In this document: positions 44,647-54,086 of the stretch, piece by piece
Position numbering within the stretch: position 1 is the first letter of the stretch
How the letters are laid out: each line of letters opens with the position of its first letter
Source: an uncultured delta proteobacterium
GTDB lineage: Bacteria; Desulfobacterota; BSN033; UBA1163
Direction of reading: 5' to 3'
Assembly: GCA_963826305.1 (NCBI GenBank)
Contig: CAWGWZ010000002.1
Location: forward strand, 83,412 to 147,411
DNA length: 64,000 nt
The notes under the pieces: model-generated
Told to the model about the DNA's origin: nothing
What the model saw: only the letters and a program-made list of their open reading frames with translations
Databases searched by the model: none
Made by a program: the position numbers and the translations under genes

Positions 44647-45073
44647 CCCGCTTCACCCTTCCCGGACGCTTGTTGCTCGATGAAGACCATTCCTCCCGAC
44701 GCATCCCCTCCATCTGATCCATCACCTGCAGCATCTTCCGATAAATCTCTCCCAGTCGGGCCCGAACCCGCCGAAGCTCCTGATAACGTCCTACCTTCAC
44801 TTGAACCTCAACAAGAAATCCATGGGGGATCACCTGTAATCTCGTCTTCCCTCCCTCGCTGGCACTGACCACCATGCGCGCATGAAGCTCCCCACGAGCG
44901 CATTTACACCCCGACTTTCCACATCGGCGCTTCAGTTCATAGACCGTCCCTTTGATCACTGGCCGGTCAGAAAAAAAAGGTTCGACAAGTCCCTTGATCG
45001 CGTCGGTCAGGTGAAGAAGGGACTGTCGAAGTCGACTCAACTTCTCTCGGTCTATTTTACTCTGTATGCCCAT
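44627..45073 (-). CDS. IS accessory protein (DUF6788-like, CGKSGCKCARGELH zinc motif)
   Basis: GTVYELKRRCGKSGCKCARGELHARMV...GKTRLQVIP pattern; 20-nt overlap with the transposase gene. Confidence 0.6.
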   Translation of the reverse strand: MGIQSKIDREKLSRLRQSLLHLTDAIKGLVEPFFSDRPVIKGTVYELKRRCGKSGCKCARGELHARMVVSASEGGKTRLQVIPHGFLVEVQVKVGRYQELRRVRARLGEIYRKMLQVMDQMEGMRREEWSSSSNKRPGRVKRDGPRDF

Positions 45074-45266
45074 ATATTAATAACATACAGATTTTAAAAC
45101 AAAAGTCAAGAAAAAAGTGAAGCTCCCCAAAAATTTCTTTCAAGGGAAACGGAGGCAAATCTCCTAGCCCCCCCAAATAGCGATTTATAGCGGGGTCACG
45201 TGGGGCCGGAGGAATCCGCCTGGTTGGAATTCCCTACTGTCTGAATTGCAGTGAGATGGCATCTGA

Positions 45267-46310
45267 TCACGGCTTTATCTCTTTTGAAACTGAATGAGTA
45301 AACCCAAAGCCAGGACAATAGGCAGAGTGTTTTCCTGCACCGCCAGCCACAATGATCATGAAGTCCTCTTCCTTAGGTACGACGGGGATAAGAGCTTCGT
45401 CAGGAAATTGAGAGAAGAGACCTTCCTGATGCTCTTTGGAAAATGATGCCTTAGGAATTCGGGCTTTCCTATGAAGGAGACGTTTGACTTCCTGCTTGGA
45501 GAAACCACTCTCTGCAATGGTTCTGGCATGCTCAGGTCCGATCACGATCAGAGAGTCGCCTCTTTGATAGAGAATGTTATTATTGCCTTGAGTGGCAATC
45601 GTTCCAGCAAAGGTGGTCAGAATGCCCTCTGCATCGATACTATTATGGTCATTGATGTTATGCGGGTTTTCAACGCCGCAGACGGTGACGGTGCTCGACC
45701 ATTTATCAAAACCCTTCTCCACCTGAAGGGGTTCCCAGGGATTTGATTCTTCATTTTCTGAAATACAGGAGGAATATTTGCTGGGCTGTCCATGGGTTGC
45801 TCGGTCAAGTTTGCCCGGTATTGCTCCACCTGTATTGGTCAGCACCAGTCTGATGGCACGGCCAATCGTGGCATTGGCTCGATTACCCTGTCCGAAAACA
45901 TTACATCCTGAGTTCATCTTAAGCCTGTTTCGAACGGGTCCATTTACAATAATGAGTGGGGCCACAGGGTGGGTTGTGCACTGTATCCAGTGAAGATTGA
46001 ATTGTTTATCTAAGAGGGCTTCAACAGAGGATAGAATGACTGGCATGTATTCAGGAAGACACCCCGCCATCACAGCGTTAATGGCAATTTTTTCTACGGT
46101 AGCCTCCCCTCCACCAGGAGGGACGATGCCCAATGAGTCCTCTGGTTTTCTTCGGGTTCCGGTAAGCATTTTCATGACCCGATCTTCGGTTGGTAAAATT
46201 ATAGGAAGTCCATCCGTCCAACCCTTTTGGTAATAGAACTCATTGATTTCCTCCATGTTTTCATGAATTTCGATTTTTTCTGAAGCCATCTCCGCTGAAT
46301 GAGCCAACAT
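45267..46310 (-). CDS. Conserved hypothetical protein (347 aa; GWTDGLPIILPTE motif)
   Basis: Long ORF downstream of the selenoprotein gene on the same strand; no family name recalled. Confidence 0.6.
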   Translation of the reverse strand: MLAHSAEMASEKIEIHENMEEINEFYYQKGWTDGLPIILPTEDRVMKMLTGTRRKPEDSLGIVPPGGGEATVEKIAINAVMAGCLPEYMPVILSSVEALLDKQFNLHWIQCTTHPVAPLIIVNGPVRNRLKMNSGCNVFGQGNRANATIGRAIRLVLTNTGGAIPGKLDRATHGQPSKYSSCISENEESNPWEPLQVEKGFDKWSSTVTVCGVENPHNINDHNSIDAEGILTTFAGTIATQGNNNILYQRGDSLIVIGPEHARTIAESGFSKQEVKRLLHRKARIPKASFSKEHQEGLFSQFPDEALIPVVPKEEDFMIIVAGGAGKHSAYCPGFGFTHSVSKEIKP

Positions 46311-46421
46311 CTCTCCTCCCTTAACTTAAACTGAGAAGCTGAGACGGGTTAACCTTGACGAATGGATGACACTGAACGGTTCGAAATACGAACGGAGGGA
46401 ACTCCTCGAGTCCCTCTCAAA

Positions 46422-46991
46422 TTAAAATTGCTTTTTACTTTCTTCGGACAATTCCTCCGAGGACATAGTTAAAATCCTTACCATATCCTCGAAAGCGTTA
46501 TCCGCCTTCCTTCTCACTTGATCCAAGTCGATGCCCCCAATGGGATGGGGGACACTGACTATCGCCAGATGAGGGAAATCTCTTTCCCGAGCTGTTTCTC
46601 TTCCAAGAGAAGCAAATTCATAAGTACAAACGGTTGCGGTGGGAACTCCTTTTTTTTCAAACTCAATCGCGTTGTGGATACACCACAACGTGCATCCCCC
46701 TCAATCGCCCACACCCACAATGACAAAATCGCACCTCTCGGCAAATTCATTCAATCTGTTCTCAGCAATGGAAGCACCAAGTTGATGATGGAGTTTCAAG
46801 GTCTGTTTCAAATGAAAGCGTTCTGCCAAAAGATCACCAAAGCGGTTCAAAAGGACCTCCCCTCCAGGCTTGTCATTCCAAACAATCCCCATCACCTTAT
46901 CTGCCAGACTCATGGGGCGCTCTGCCATCTCCGACTCCCTGAACCTTTTCTTCGAAGTCGGATCAAAAACTTTGATCATTTTAGTCACCAC
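46422..46991 (-). CDS. UGSC-like selenoprotein (189 aa) with in-frame TGA (Sec) at 46701-46703
   Basis: Track ORFs 46701-46991 and 46422-46688 share one frame, separated only by TGA plus 4 codons. The joined sequence reads ..CDFVIVGVGD-U-GGCTLWCIHNAIEFEKKG.., a redox-type U/CxxC context. Confidence 0.7.
46676..46697 (-). promoter_or_regulatory. Candidate bacterial SECIS hairpin (GGAUGCAC-GUUGUG-GUGUAUCC)
   Basis: An 8-bp stem (one G-U pair) starts 4 nt after the UGA, with a G/U-rich 6-nt loop. The distance from the UGA is at the short end for known bSECIS elements. Confidence 0.4.
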
Positions 46992-47042
46992 CGTTGTCTC
47001 CTCCCATTCCGAAAACGGATGGAATTCGCCCTTTTTCTTTTC

Positions 47043-48629
47043 TCAAATCAGTTCTCGAAGCTTTCTTTTCAGGATCTTGCCCACAGGTGTCTTGGGCAAT
47101 TGATCTATAAAGCGCACCTCACGGATACGTTTATAAGGAGCGATCCTCTCATGACAGAATTCGATGAGTTCCTCGGGAGTCGTTTTTTGTCCGTCCTTGA
47201 GGACCACGAAAGCAAGGGGTATTTCCCCTGCAATGGTATCGGGTTTTCCGACGATCGAGCACTCGCGAACAGCATGATGCTGCAAGAGCAGATCCTCGAG
47301 TTCAGCGGGAAAGACGCCATAGCCTTTATACTTGATCATATCTTTAAAGCGTTCAACAAAGTGAAAGTAGCCCTCTTCATCCATGGCGACAATATCTCCT
47401 GTGTGGAGCCACCCCTTCTCAAGGGTTCTTTCTGTTTCCTCAGGCCTCTTCCAATAACCCTTCATCACCTGAGGTCCCCTAACCAGCAACTCCCCTTCTT
47501 TTCCCGGTGGCAAGGCATTCCCTTGGTCAACGTGAACCACTCTCGCCTGGGTGTCCATGATGGGAATGCCAATGGTCCCAACCTTCACCCGATGAAGAGG
47601 GTTGTTCATACATTCCGGAGACGCTTCTGTCAGGCCGTATCCAGGAACCAAAGGTACCCCAGTGATCCTTTCCCATTCATTCTTCACTTCACTCAAAACG
47701 GGCATCCCTCCTGCCTTCACATACCGAAGCGAAGAGAGGTCATACTTGCGGATGGAAGGATGGTTGATGAAGATCTGCCAAAGAGAAGTGACACCGTAAA
47801 AGATCGTGATCCGTTCCCTCTGAATGAGTTCCAGGCATTCCTCCGGTTCGAAATGAGACATGATGTATACGGTTGCTCCGACATAAAAGACTGAATTGAT
47901 GCAAACGGTTGGCCCCCAAGTATGATAGAAAGGCGTCACGCCCATGACCTCATCGTTCTCGGTCCATGCAAACCACTGGGCATTCATAATGGCATTCGAG
48001 ACCAAGTTGAAATGGGTCATCATGGCCCCCTTGGGGACGCCTGTTGTTCCGCCCGTGTATTGAATGACAGCCACATCTTCCTTCGGCTGAATGGCCACCT
48101 TAGGAGGGCGGGGTGGATGTTGAGAGAGGATCTCTTTGAACAGTAAGGCTTCTGGAATGGTCCGGTCTCCAACGGAGATAAATCTTTTTAGACAAGTACG
48201 ACCGATCAGGGGCTCGATGTTGGGGTGAAGGGCATCGAGAAAGACGATCGTTTCAGCACCCGAATCATTCGCTTGATAGGCCAATTCCATTTCTTTGAAC
48301 ATGGGGCTCGCCGTAATGACAATTCCCCCAGCTTTCAGGATGCCATAATAGATAATGATAAATTCAGGGCTATTTCTGAGATAGACGATGACGCGGTCTC
48401 CCTTGCGGACGCCCATTGCATGGATGGCGCAGGCAAATCGGTCAGAAAGATCCTCCAGTTCCCGAAACGTGAGGCGATTCCCTTCGTAGAAAGTTGCTAC
48501 CTTTTCACCGAAGGTTCTGGCAGCATTTGAGAGAATTGCAAAGACAGGGATCTCAGGATAAGAGATCGTTTTTGGAACGTTTTCAGGCCAAAAGGCCATC
48601 CATAAAGGCTCAGTCAATTCTGATCTCAT
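47043..48629 (-). CDS. AMP-dependent acyl-CoA synthetase (FadD-like)
   Basis: YTGGTTGVPKG, GYGLTE, and the TGD...KYKG order of motifs. Confidence 0.9.
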   Translation of the reverse strand: MRSELTEPLWMAFWPENVPKTISYPEIPVFAILSNAARTFGEKVATFYEGNRLTFRELEDLSDRFACAIHAMGVRKGDRVIVYLRNSPEFIIIYYGILKAGGIVITASPMFKEMELAYQANDSGAETIVFLDALHPNIEPLIGRTCLKRFISVGDRTIPEALLFKEILSQHPPRPPKVAIQPKEDVAVIQYTGGTTGVPKGAMMTHFNLVSNAIMNAQWFAWTENDEVMGVTPFYHTWGPTVCINSVFYVGATVYIMSHFEPEECLELIQRERITIFYGVTSLWQIFINHPSIRKYDLSSLRYVKAGGMPVLSEVKNEWERITGVPLVPGYGLTEASPECMNNPLHRVKVGTIGIPIMDTQARVVHVDQGNALPPGKEGELLVRGPQVMKGYWKRPEETERTLEKGWLHTGDIVAMDEEGYFHFVERFKDMIKYKGYGVFPAELEDLLLQHHAVRECSIVGKPDTIAGEIPLAFVVLKDGQKTTPEELIEFCHERIAPYKRIREVRFIDQLPKTPVGKILKRKLRELI

Positions 48630-48675
48630 TTTCTTCTTTCAACTCCAAATATAGGTTTTTATGAATCACAGAATC

Positions 48676-49857
48676 TCATTGAATATCCCTAAATTGACCT
48701 GGGATCTTGATACGAGGCCGATTTGCCTTTTTTACTCCCAACGCGTCATCTCCGATGATGAGGCGCATGATATTGGCTGTCCCTTCACCAATTTGATAGA
48801 GCTTTGAGTCACGGTAATATTTCTCCACAGGGAGATCTAAAGAATACCCCATCCCTCCATGGATTTCCATGGCCCAACCCGCAGCACGCACGGCGGCCTC
48901 CCCAGCAAAATACTTGGCAATGGCGATCTCCCTCGTAAAGGGCCGTCCCTGATCGTTCAGCCAAGCCGCGGACCGGACCAAGAGACGAGATGCTTCCGTA
49001 TAGGTCACCATATCTGCAATGATCTGTTTGACCATCTGATAATCCCGAATGGGGCGTCCAAACTGAACACGTTCTTTTGCATACTTCACTGAGGCGTTAA
49101 GGCATGCCTGACAAATTCCTAAAGCTCCGCTACTGACACTGATTCGACCTCTGTCCAGAGCCGTCATGGCCACCTTAAAACCGCCCCCCCACTCACCTAA
49201 GAGGTTCTCTTTGGGCGCCACGACGTCGTCAAGAAAGACTTCTGCAATCGGTGAGGATTTATCTCCCAGCTTGGGAATCTCCTTGGGTTGCCAGCCGGCC
49301 TGATCCGTCTCAACGACAATGGCACAGAGCCCTTTATGCTTGAGAGATCGGTTGAAAGTACAATAGACGACAGCGTAATCAGCCACTGTCCCATTAGAAA
49401 TCCATGTTTTGATTCCGTTGATCAGGTAATGATCTCCCTTCTCTACAACCTCCGTCTCGATCGCTGCAATGTCTGATCCGGCATTCGGTTCCGAGAAACA
49501 GGTACAGCCTAATTTTTCGGCGGTGACGAGGGCCTTGACGTATTTCGTTCGTACCACATCGCTGCCCCATTCCATGATCGTATAAGGTACAGTAAGAGCT
49601 TGAAGGTTGAAAAGGCTGCGCAAGCCCGAATCGTACGTAGAAACCTGCTCACAGACGATGGAATGGGCGAGGAAACCCAATTCCGACCCTCCCATACCAA
49701 CGGGAAATGCACAGCCAAAAAAGCCTAAGGAACCCATCTTCCTCACCAGTTCTCGATCGAACTCTTCTTTTTTCAAATGGGGAGCAATTTCTTTTGCAGC
49801 AAAATCTTTGACTGCCTGCACCATGACCCTCTGTTCCTCTGTTAAATCAAAATCCAT
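48676..49857 (-). CDS. Acyl-CoA dehydrogenase
   Basis: Family-typical CFSEPNAGSD and YQIGEGTANIMRLII; 393 aa. Confidence 0.9.
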   Translation of the reverse strand: MDFDLTEEQRVMVQAVKDFAAKEIAPHLKKEEFDRELVRKMGSLGFFGCAFPVGMGGSELGFLAHSIVCEQVSTYDSGLRSLFNLQALTVPYTIMEWGSDVVRTKYVKALVTAEKLGCTCFSEPNAGSDIAAIETEVVEKGDHYLINGIKTWISNGTVADYAVVYCTFNRSLKHKGLCAIVVETDQAGWQPKEIPKLGDKSSPIAEVFLDDVVAPKENLLGEWGGGFKVAMTALDRGRISVSSGALGICQACLNASVKYAKERVQFGRPIRDYQMVKQIIADMVTYTEASRLLVRSAAWLNDQGRPFTREIAIAKYFAGEAAVRAAGWAMEIHGGMGYSLDLPVEKYYRDSKLYQIGEGTANIMRLIIGDDALGVKKANRPRIKIPGQFRDIQ

Positions 49858-49957
49858 AGAATTACCTCGCCTTCCTTATCGCCTATGCCCACCCATTCAA
49901 AAAGTTCTATCGTATAAGTAGTGAGCCTTTTTTTATTTCAGGGAAGTGGACATTAGA

Positions 49958-50788
49958 CTATTCAAGACTCATGAATTTATCGAGGCCGATAAAACGCTCG
50001 ATGACAAAGACTAAAATGACAGTACAGGCGATCAGCATCGCGGACATGGCGGCAATGGTGGGATCGTCCATGGCCCGCACATACTCCAAGGCTTCCACGG
50101 ATAATGTGGTGGTGCCGATACTGGTCAGAAAGATCACAACAGTGACATTGTCAAGCACTGTGACAAAGACAAAGATGAACCCGCTCAGAATTCCTGGCTT
50201 TAATTGCGGGAGTACAATCTTAAAAAAACTGGTCCACCGACTGGCCCCCAGGTTGATGGCAGCCTCTTCAATAACTGGGTTCAACCCGTGCATATTGGCA
50301 CTGACCGTCCGGATGGGAAATGGCAGAGAAAATAGCGTGAGGCCGAGGGCAAGGTTAATAAAACTCCATTTCAATCCGACGGTCCCAAAAAACGTCATGA
50401 GCGCCAAGCCGGTCACCACCCCTGGAATGATGAGAGGTGAAAGAAAAAAGGCGTTCAGGAGTTGGGCTCCCCGGAAACGTCCACGGACCACCGCATAGGC
50501 AGCACCAATCCCAATGGCATTTGTTACAGGGGTGACCACTGCGGCAAGACCGAGGCTGATCCCGATGGCGTGCCTGAAATTCTCCAGACCGAAGAAGTTC
50601 TTATACCAGTGAAGTGAAACTCCCTTGGGGGGATAAGTGATATAAGCGGTACTATTAAAGGAATAAAAAATGACAAAGATGACAGGAATGATAAGAAACC
50701 CCACCACCAGGGCTGCGAACAGACCGACGAAATTGCCAATCCCACCGGGTTCACGAAAAATCTTCATCGAAGAGCTGCGCTCAGCCAT
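49958..50788 (-). CDS. ABC transporter permease (PotC-like)
   Basis: EAA-type loop IEEAAINLGASRWTSFFKIVLP. Confidence 0.85.
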   Translation of the reverse strand: MAERSSSMKIFREPGGIGNFVGLFAALVVGFLIIPVIFVIFYSFNSTAYITYPPKGVSLHWYKNFFGLENFRHAIGISLGLAAVVTPVTNAIGIGAAYAVVRGRFRGAQLLNAFFLSPLIIPGVVTGLALMTFFGTVGLKWSFINLALGLTLFSLPFPIRTVSANMHGLNPVIEEAAINLGASRWTSFFKIVLPQLKPGILSGFIFVFVTVLDNVTVVIFLTSIGTTTLSVEALEYVRAMDDPTIAAMSAMLIACTVILVFVIERFIGLDKFMSLE

Positions 50789-51749
50789 AGATTCTCCGAA
50801 CCAAACGCTGTAGGTACGTAAAAGAAGCTACGGTCAATACAGAAACGATCAGCAAGAGGGTGGCGAGTGTGGCGGCTAAGGGAAAATCAAAGGAAACAAA
50901 AATGGATTCAAAGATTACGTTCGCCATCATATTCACTCTGCCTCCCCCCAACAACATGGGGAACAGGAAAGAGCTCAGGGCAATGGCATAGGTAAGGGAG
51001 ACGGCATCGACCATTCCCGGCAGAGTCAAAGGAAGCATGACCCGAAGGAACACGTTTGGTTTAGAAGCACCCAGGTTCACCGCTGCCTCCTCTAAAGCAC
51101 GGGGCACATTTCGAATAGGGCCTACGAGAGAGAGGGTTGTAAAGGGGAGCAGAAAATGGATCAAACTGGTGATGACCCCAAACCGATTGTATATCAAACG
51201 CAATGGACTTTCGATGAAACCCAGGCCAAGTAGACCGGAATTCACCAAACCTCTGTTTCCCAAAATCACCATCCAGGCATAAGCGCGCGTGAGGCCACCG
51301 GAAAGGAATGGAACGATCAAGGAGATCAGGATGATGTGCCGGATCCGTGTGGAGCTGCTGCGAGCCAGACAATAAGCTAAGGGGTAGGCAAGGAGAAGGC
51401 TGCCCATCGTCATTTGTGCAGAGAGGTAAAGGGTGTTGAAAAGGAAAGAAGGGTAGAGAGGATCGGAAAAGAAACGCCGGTAATTATTAAGAGTCAAGGC
51501 ACCACCCCACGCTGCCTTGCCTGAAACGGATTGATGGAAGCTTACAGAGATGAATGAGGAATAACTGGCGGCGAAGAGAGCCAAGATGACAAGACCCGGA
51601 AGCAGCAGCATCATGATGGATGTGCGAGGCAGGAGAGCAAAATCTTCCTCCAGCAATTTGATAAACTGCGTTCCGGATCCTTTTTGCTCTTCGATAGACA
51701 TGACGGCCTTGCCCATCCCCTCTCCCTGAAAGGCGCCATTATTTTTCAA
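50781..51749 (-). CDS. ABC transporter permease (PotB-like)
   Basis: EAA-type loop LEEAAVNLGASKPNVFLRVMLP. Confidence 0.85.
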   Translation of the reverse strand: MKNNGAFQGEGMGKAVMSIEEQKGSGTQFIKLLEEDFALLPRTSIMMLLLPGLVILALFAASYSSFISVSFHQSVSGKAAWGGALTLNNYRRFFSDPLYPSFLFNTLYLSAQMTMGSLLLAYPLAYCLARSSSTRIRHIILISLIVPFLSGGLTRAYAWMVILGNRGLVNSGLLGLGFIESPLRLIYNRFGVITSLIHFLLPFTTLSLVGPIRNVPRALEEAAVNLGASKPNVFLRVMLPLTLPGMVDAVSLTYAIALSSFLFPMLLGGGRVNMMANVIFESIFVSFDFPLAATLATLLLIVSVLTVASFTYLQRLVRRIYG

Positions 51750-52893
51750 GGATGGTGCAGTGCTCTCCTTTCAATTCGATGAGGAGAGGGTCACCTGCCC
51801 GATACATGGTCGAACGATCCAACCGTTGAGTCTCGACTACCAGAAGAGGTCCTCCGTTCAGCTTGACCTCGTAAGATACCCGAGAACCCAAGTTTGCAAC
51901 AAAGGCCACCACTCCTGTAGCCCAAAGGATTGAGGGGAATGTACCGGAGGGACAAGCACATGCCGGATCTCTCAGCGGCTGGCAACCGATCGGAGAAAGT
52001 CCGATACATTCTGGCCGAACGGCCACGGTCACATCGGACACATTCGGGTTACAAGTTGCGCGGATCCCTAAACGGAGGTTTTCTCCCAACTCAACAACGG
52101 TAAAACCTTCCAAGACTTGACACACTTGTGCAGGGATCAGGTTTGGCGTTCCAAGGAAGCGAGCCACAAAAACGTTCTCTGGCGAATCATAGATCGCTAC
52201 CGGGGTTCCTTCTTGTTCTACTTTACCGTGATTCATGACGGCAATGCGATCAGAAATGATCAAGGCCTCTGTTTGATCATGGGTGACAAAGAGGGTGGTG
52301 ATGCCCAATGCTCGCTGTAGCTTCCTCACTTCAATCTGCATCTCATCACGGAGACGCCGGTCAATGGCTCCAAAGGGCTCGTCCAGCAGGAGGACCCTCG
52401 GCTGGATGGCAAGGACCCGCGCTAAGGCAACGCGCTGCTGCATTCCGCCGCTCAACTGGCTGGGATAGGCCTCCTTCCATTCGTTGAGGTGAACAAGCTC
52501 CAAAACATCCGTCACCCTCTTCTCGATGGTCTGCTTACCCATATGATGCATGCGCAAGCCGAAGGCCACATTGTCATAGACCGTCATGTGGGGGAAAAGT
52601 GCAAAACTCTGAAAGACTAAACCGACATTACGCTTCGAGGCCGGGATATCATTAATGCACTTCCCCCCCAACCAGACCCCCCCTTTTGAAGGACGGACAA
52701 ACCCTGCCAGGATGCGCAACAGGGTGGTCTTTCCACAACCACTGGGCCCCAGCAGGGTCAACAGTTCTCCTCTCCGGATAGAGAGGGAGACATTTCTGAG
52801 TACTTCGTTGGGCCCGTAAGACTTGCTGATGTCCCTAAATTCAACATCTATTATATCCACATCCACCATATCTTTTTCTTCACTTCGTAGCAA
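51739..52893 (-). CDS. ABC transporter ATP-binding protein (PotA/MalK-like with C-terminal TOBE-like domain)
   Basis: GPSGCGKTT, LSGGMQQRVALAR and LLLDEP. The start may be 52869. Confidence 0.9.
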   Translation of the reverse strand: MLRSEEKDMVDVDIIDVEFRDISKSYGPNEVLRNVSLSIRRGELLTLLGPSGCGKTTLLRILAGFVRPSKGGVWLGGKCINDIPASKRNVGLVFQSFALFPHMTVYDNVAFGLRMHHMGKQTIEKRVTDVLELVHLNEWKEAYPSQLSGGMQQRVALARVLAIQPRVLLLDEPFGAIDRRLRDEMQIEVRKLQRALGITTLFVTHDQTEALIISDRIAVMNHGKVEQEGTPVAIYDSPENVFVARFLGTPNLIPAQVCQVLEGFTVVELGENLRLGIRATCNPNVSDVTVAVRPECIGLSPIGCQPLRDPACACPSGTFPSILWATGVVAFVANLGSRVSYEVKLNGGPLLVVETQRLDRSTMYRAGDPLLIELKGEHCTILEK

Positions 52894-53950
52894 TCTCGCG
52901 ATTCCACCGTTCTACCCAAGAGCCAATGTTCTTATTAATGACAGCCGTGTCAAAGCTGATGGTATCTGCTGGATTGGGAACCGCGCCCTCCAACTCTTTT
53001 GCAGGCGGAACCTTCTTATTGACCGGAACCATCTTCAAAGGAGTAACCCCTGCTTCCTGGGCCTCATAGGTGACCATAAATTTAATAAACTCGGCAGCCA
53101 ACTCCTCCTTCCCGCCTTTCACGATTGTCATCACATCAAACATGATCGGCGTCGGCTTTGGGCTCACCACTTTGACTGGTATATTCTGCTGGACGAGGTA
53201 AGCCATGTAAGAAGGCGGGCCGATAGCGACTGCCACCTCACCCTGGGCAAGGATCTTACGGGCCGTGGCATCGGAGTCGTAGATCGTGACGACGTTGGGA
53301 AGGATTGCCTTCACTTTCTGGAACCCTGGGGTAATATTATTCTCGTTCCCGCCATTCAGGTAAGCACACAGGACCAAAAAATAGGCTTGAAAAAAACTGG
53401 CACTCGTGATCCCTACCTTGCCCTTAAAGGCTGGATCCCAGAGGTCCTCCCAGCTTTTGGGCGGTCTAGGGACGAGATCAGGACGATAAATAATGCTGAA
53501 GGGATAATAGTAGAAGCCAACGAATTTTTTTGCGATGGCCCCGTTAACCAGGTCTGCTTTGTTCGTGACCGTCGATTCCGGGATTTCAGCTAATAGGTCG
53601 GGGTCAGCACGATCAACTGTTGAGGAAATAGTAAACAAGACGTCAACAGAGGGCTTCCCTTTCATCGATTGAAGCTTGACCAGGCCTTCGGCCGCATTCG
53701 TCTGAGTCATATGCTTGACCTTCACACCGTATTCCTTCTCAAATTTCTCGGCGGCGAACTTCACTCCATAATTCCATGTCGTGCCCCAGATCAGGACCGT
53801 TAGTTCCTGTCCCTTAAACTTGTCCGTGGCTGCTCCGGCAACCCGTGGAAGGCTGAAAAAGCCCATTGCAAAGGCACAAATCAAGATTCCAACAAAGCAT
53901 CTTTTAACTAAATTTTTCATCATTTTCTCACCTCTCTTTGAGAAGATCAT
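52880..53950 (-). CDS. ABC transporter extracellular solute-binding protein (PotD/family-1 type)
   Basis: Signal peptide ..ILICAFAMGFFSLPRVAGAA; operon leader of the pot-type transporter. Confidence 0.8.
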   Translation of the reverse strand: MIFSKRGEKMMKNLVKRCFVGILICAFAMGFFSLPRVAGAATDKFKGQELTVLIWGTTWNYGVKFAAEKFEKEYGVKVKHMTQTNAAEGLVKLQSMKGKPSVDVLFTISSTVDRADPDLLAEIPESTVTNKADLVNGAIAKKFVGFYYYPFSIIYRPDLVPRPPKSWEDLWDPAFKGKVGITSASFFQAYFLVLCAYLNGGNENNITPGFQKVKAILPNVVTIYDSDATARKILAQGEVAVAIGPPSYMAYLVQQNIPVKVVSPKPTPIMFDVMTIVKGGKEELAAEFIKFMVTYEAQEAGVTPLKMVPVNKKVPPAKELEGAVPNPADTISFDTAVINKNIGSWVERWNREIATK

Positions 53951-54086
53951 TTAGAAACTTTAGCCGTCTAATAGCCTCCCATTCCCCTCCGACTGCGCTC
54001 AATCAAAAGGGCTCCTGTACTCGTTGATGGTGGAGAACTAAAGGCCTCTCCTACCTTTTTACGTACTCCCATTTCACCCCCTTTCA

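Larger units (their letters stand above)
42725..45252 (-). mobile_element. IS4-family insertion sequence (2.5 kb, two ORFs) flanked by a 9-bp direct repeat GAGATGGCA
   Basis: TSD at 42716-42724 and 45253-45261. The terminal IRs are ATGCAATTCAGACAC (left) and the reverse complement of CTGTCTGAATTGCAGT (right). Confidence 0.85.

Noticed and set aside
43624-44868. 414-aa plus-strand ORF
   Set aside because: It is antisense to the IS4 transposase and its accessory gene. The peptide is low-complexity (P/H/R-rich) with no motifs, while the minus-strand frame carries DDE and an exact YREK signature. Judged a shadow ORF.
46518-47894. 458-aa plus-strand ORF
   Set aside because: It is antisense to the acyl-CoA synthetase (which has YTGGTTGVPKG and GYGLTE) and to the selenoprotein gene. 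Judged a shadow ORF with no motifs.
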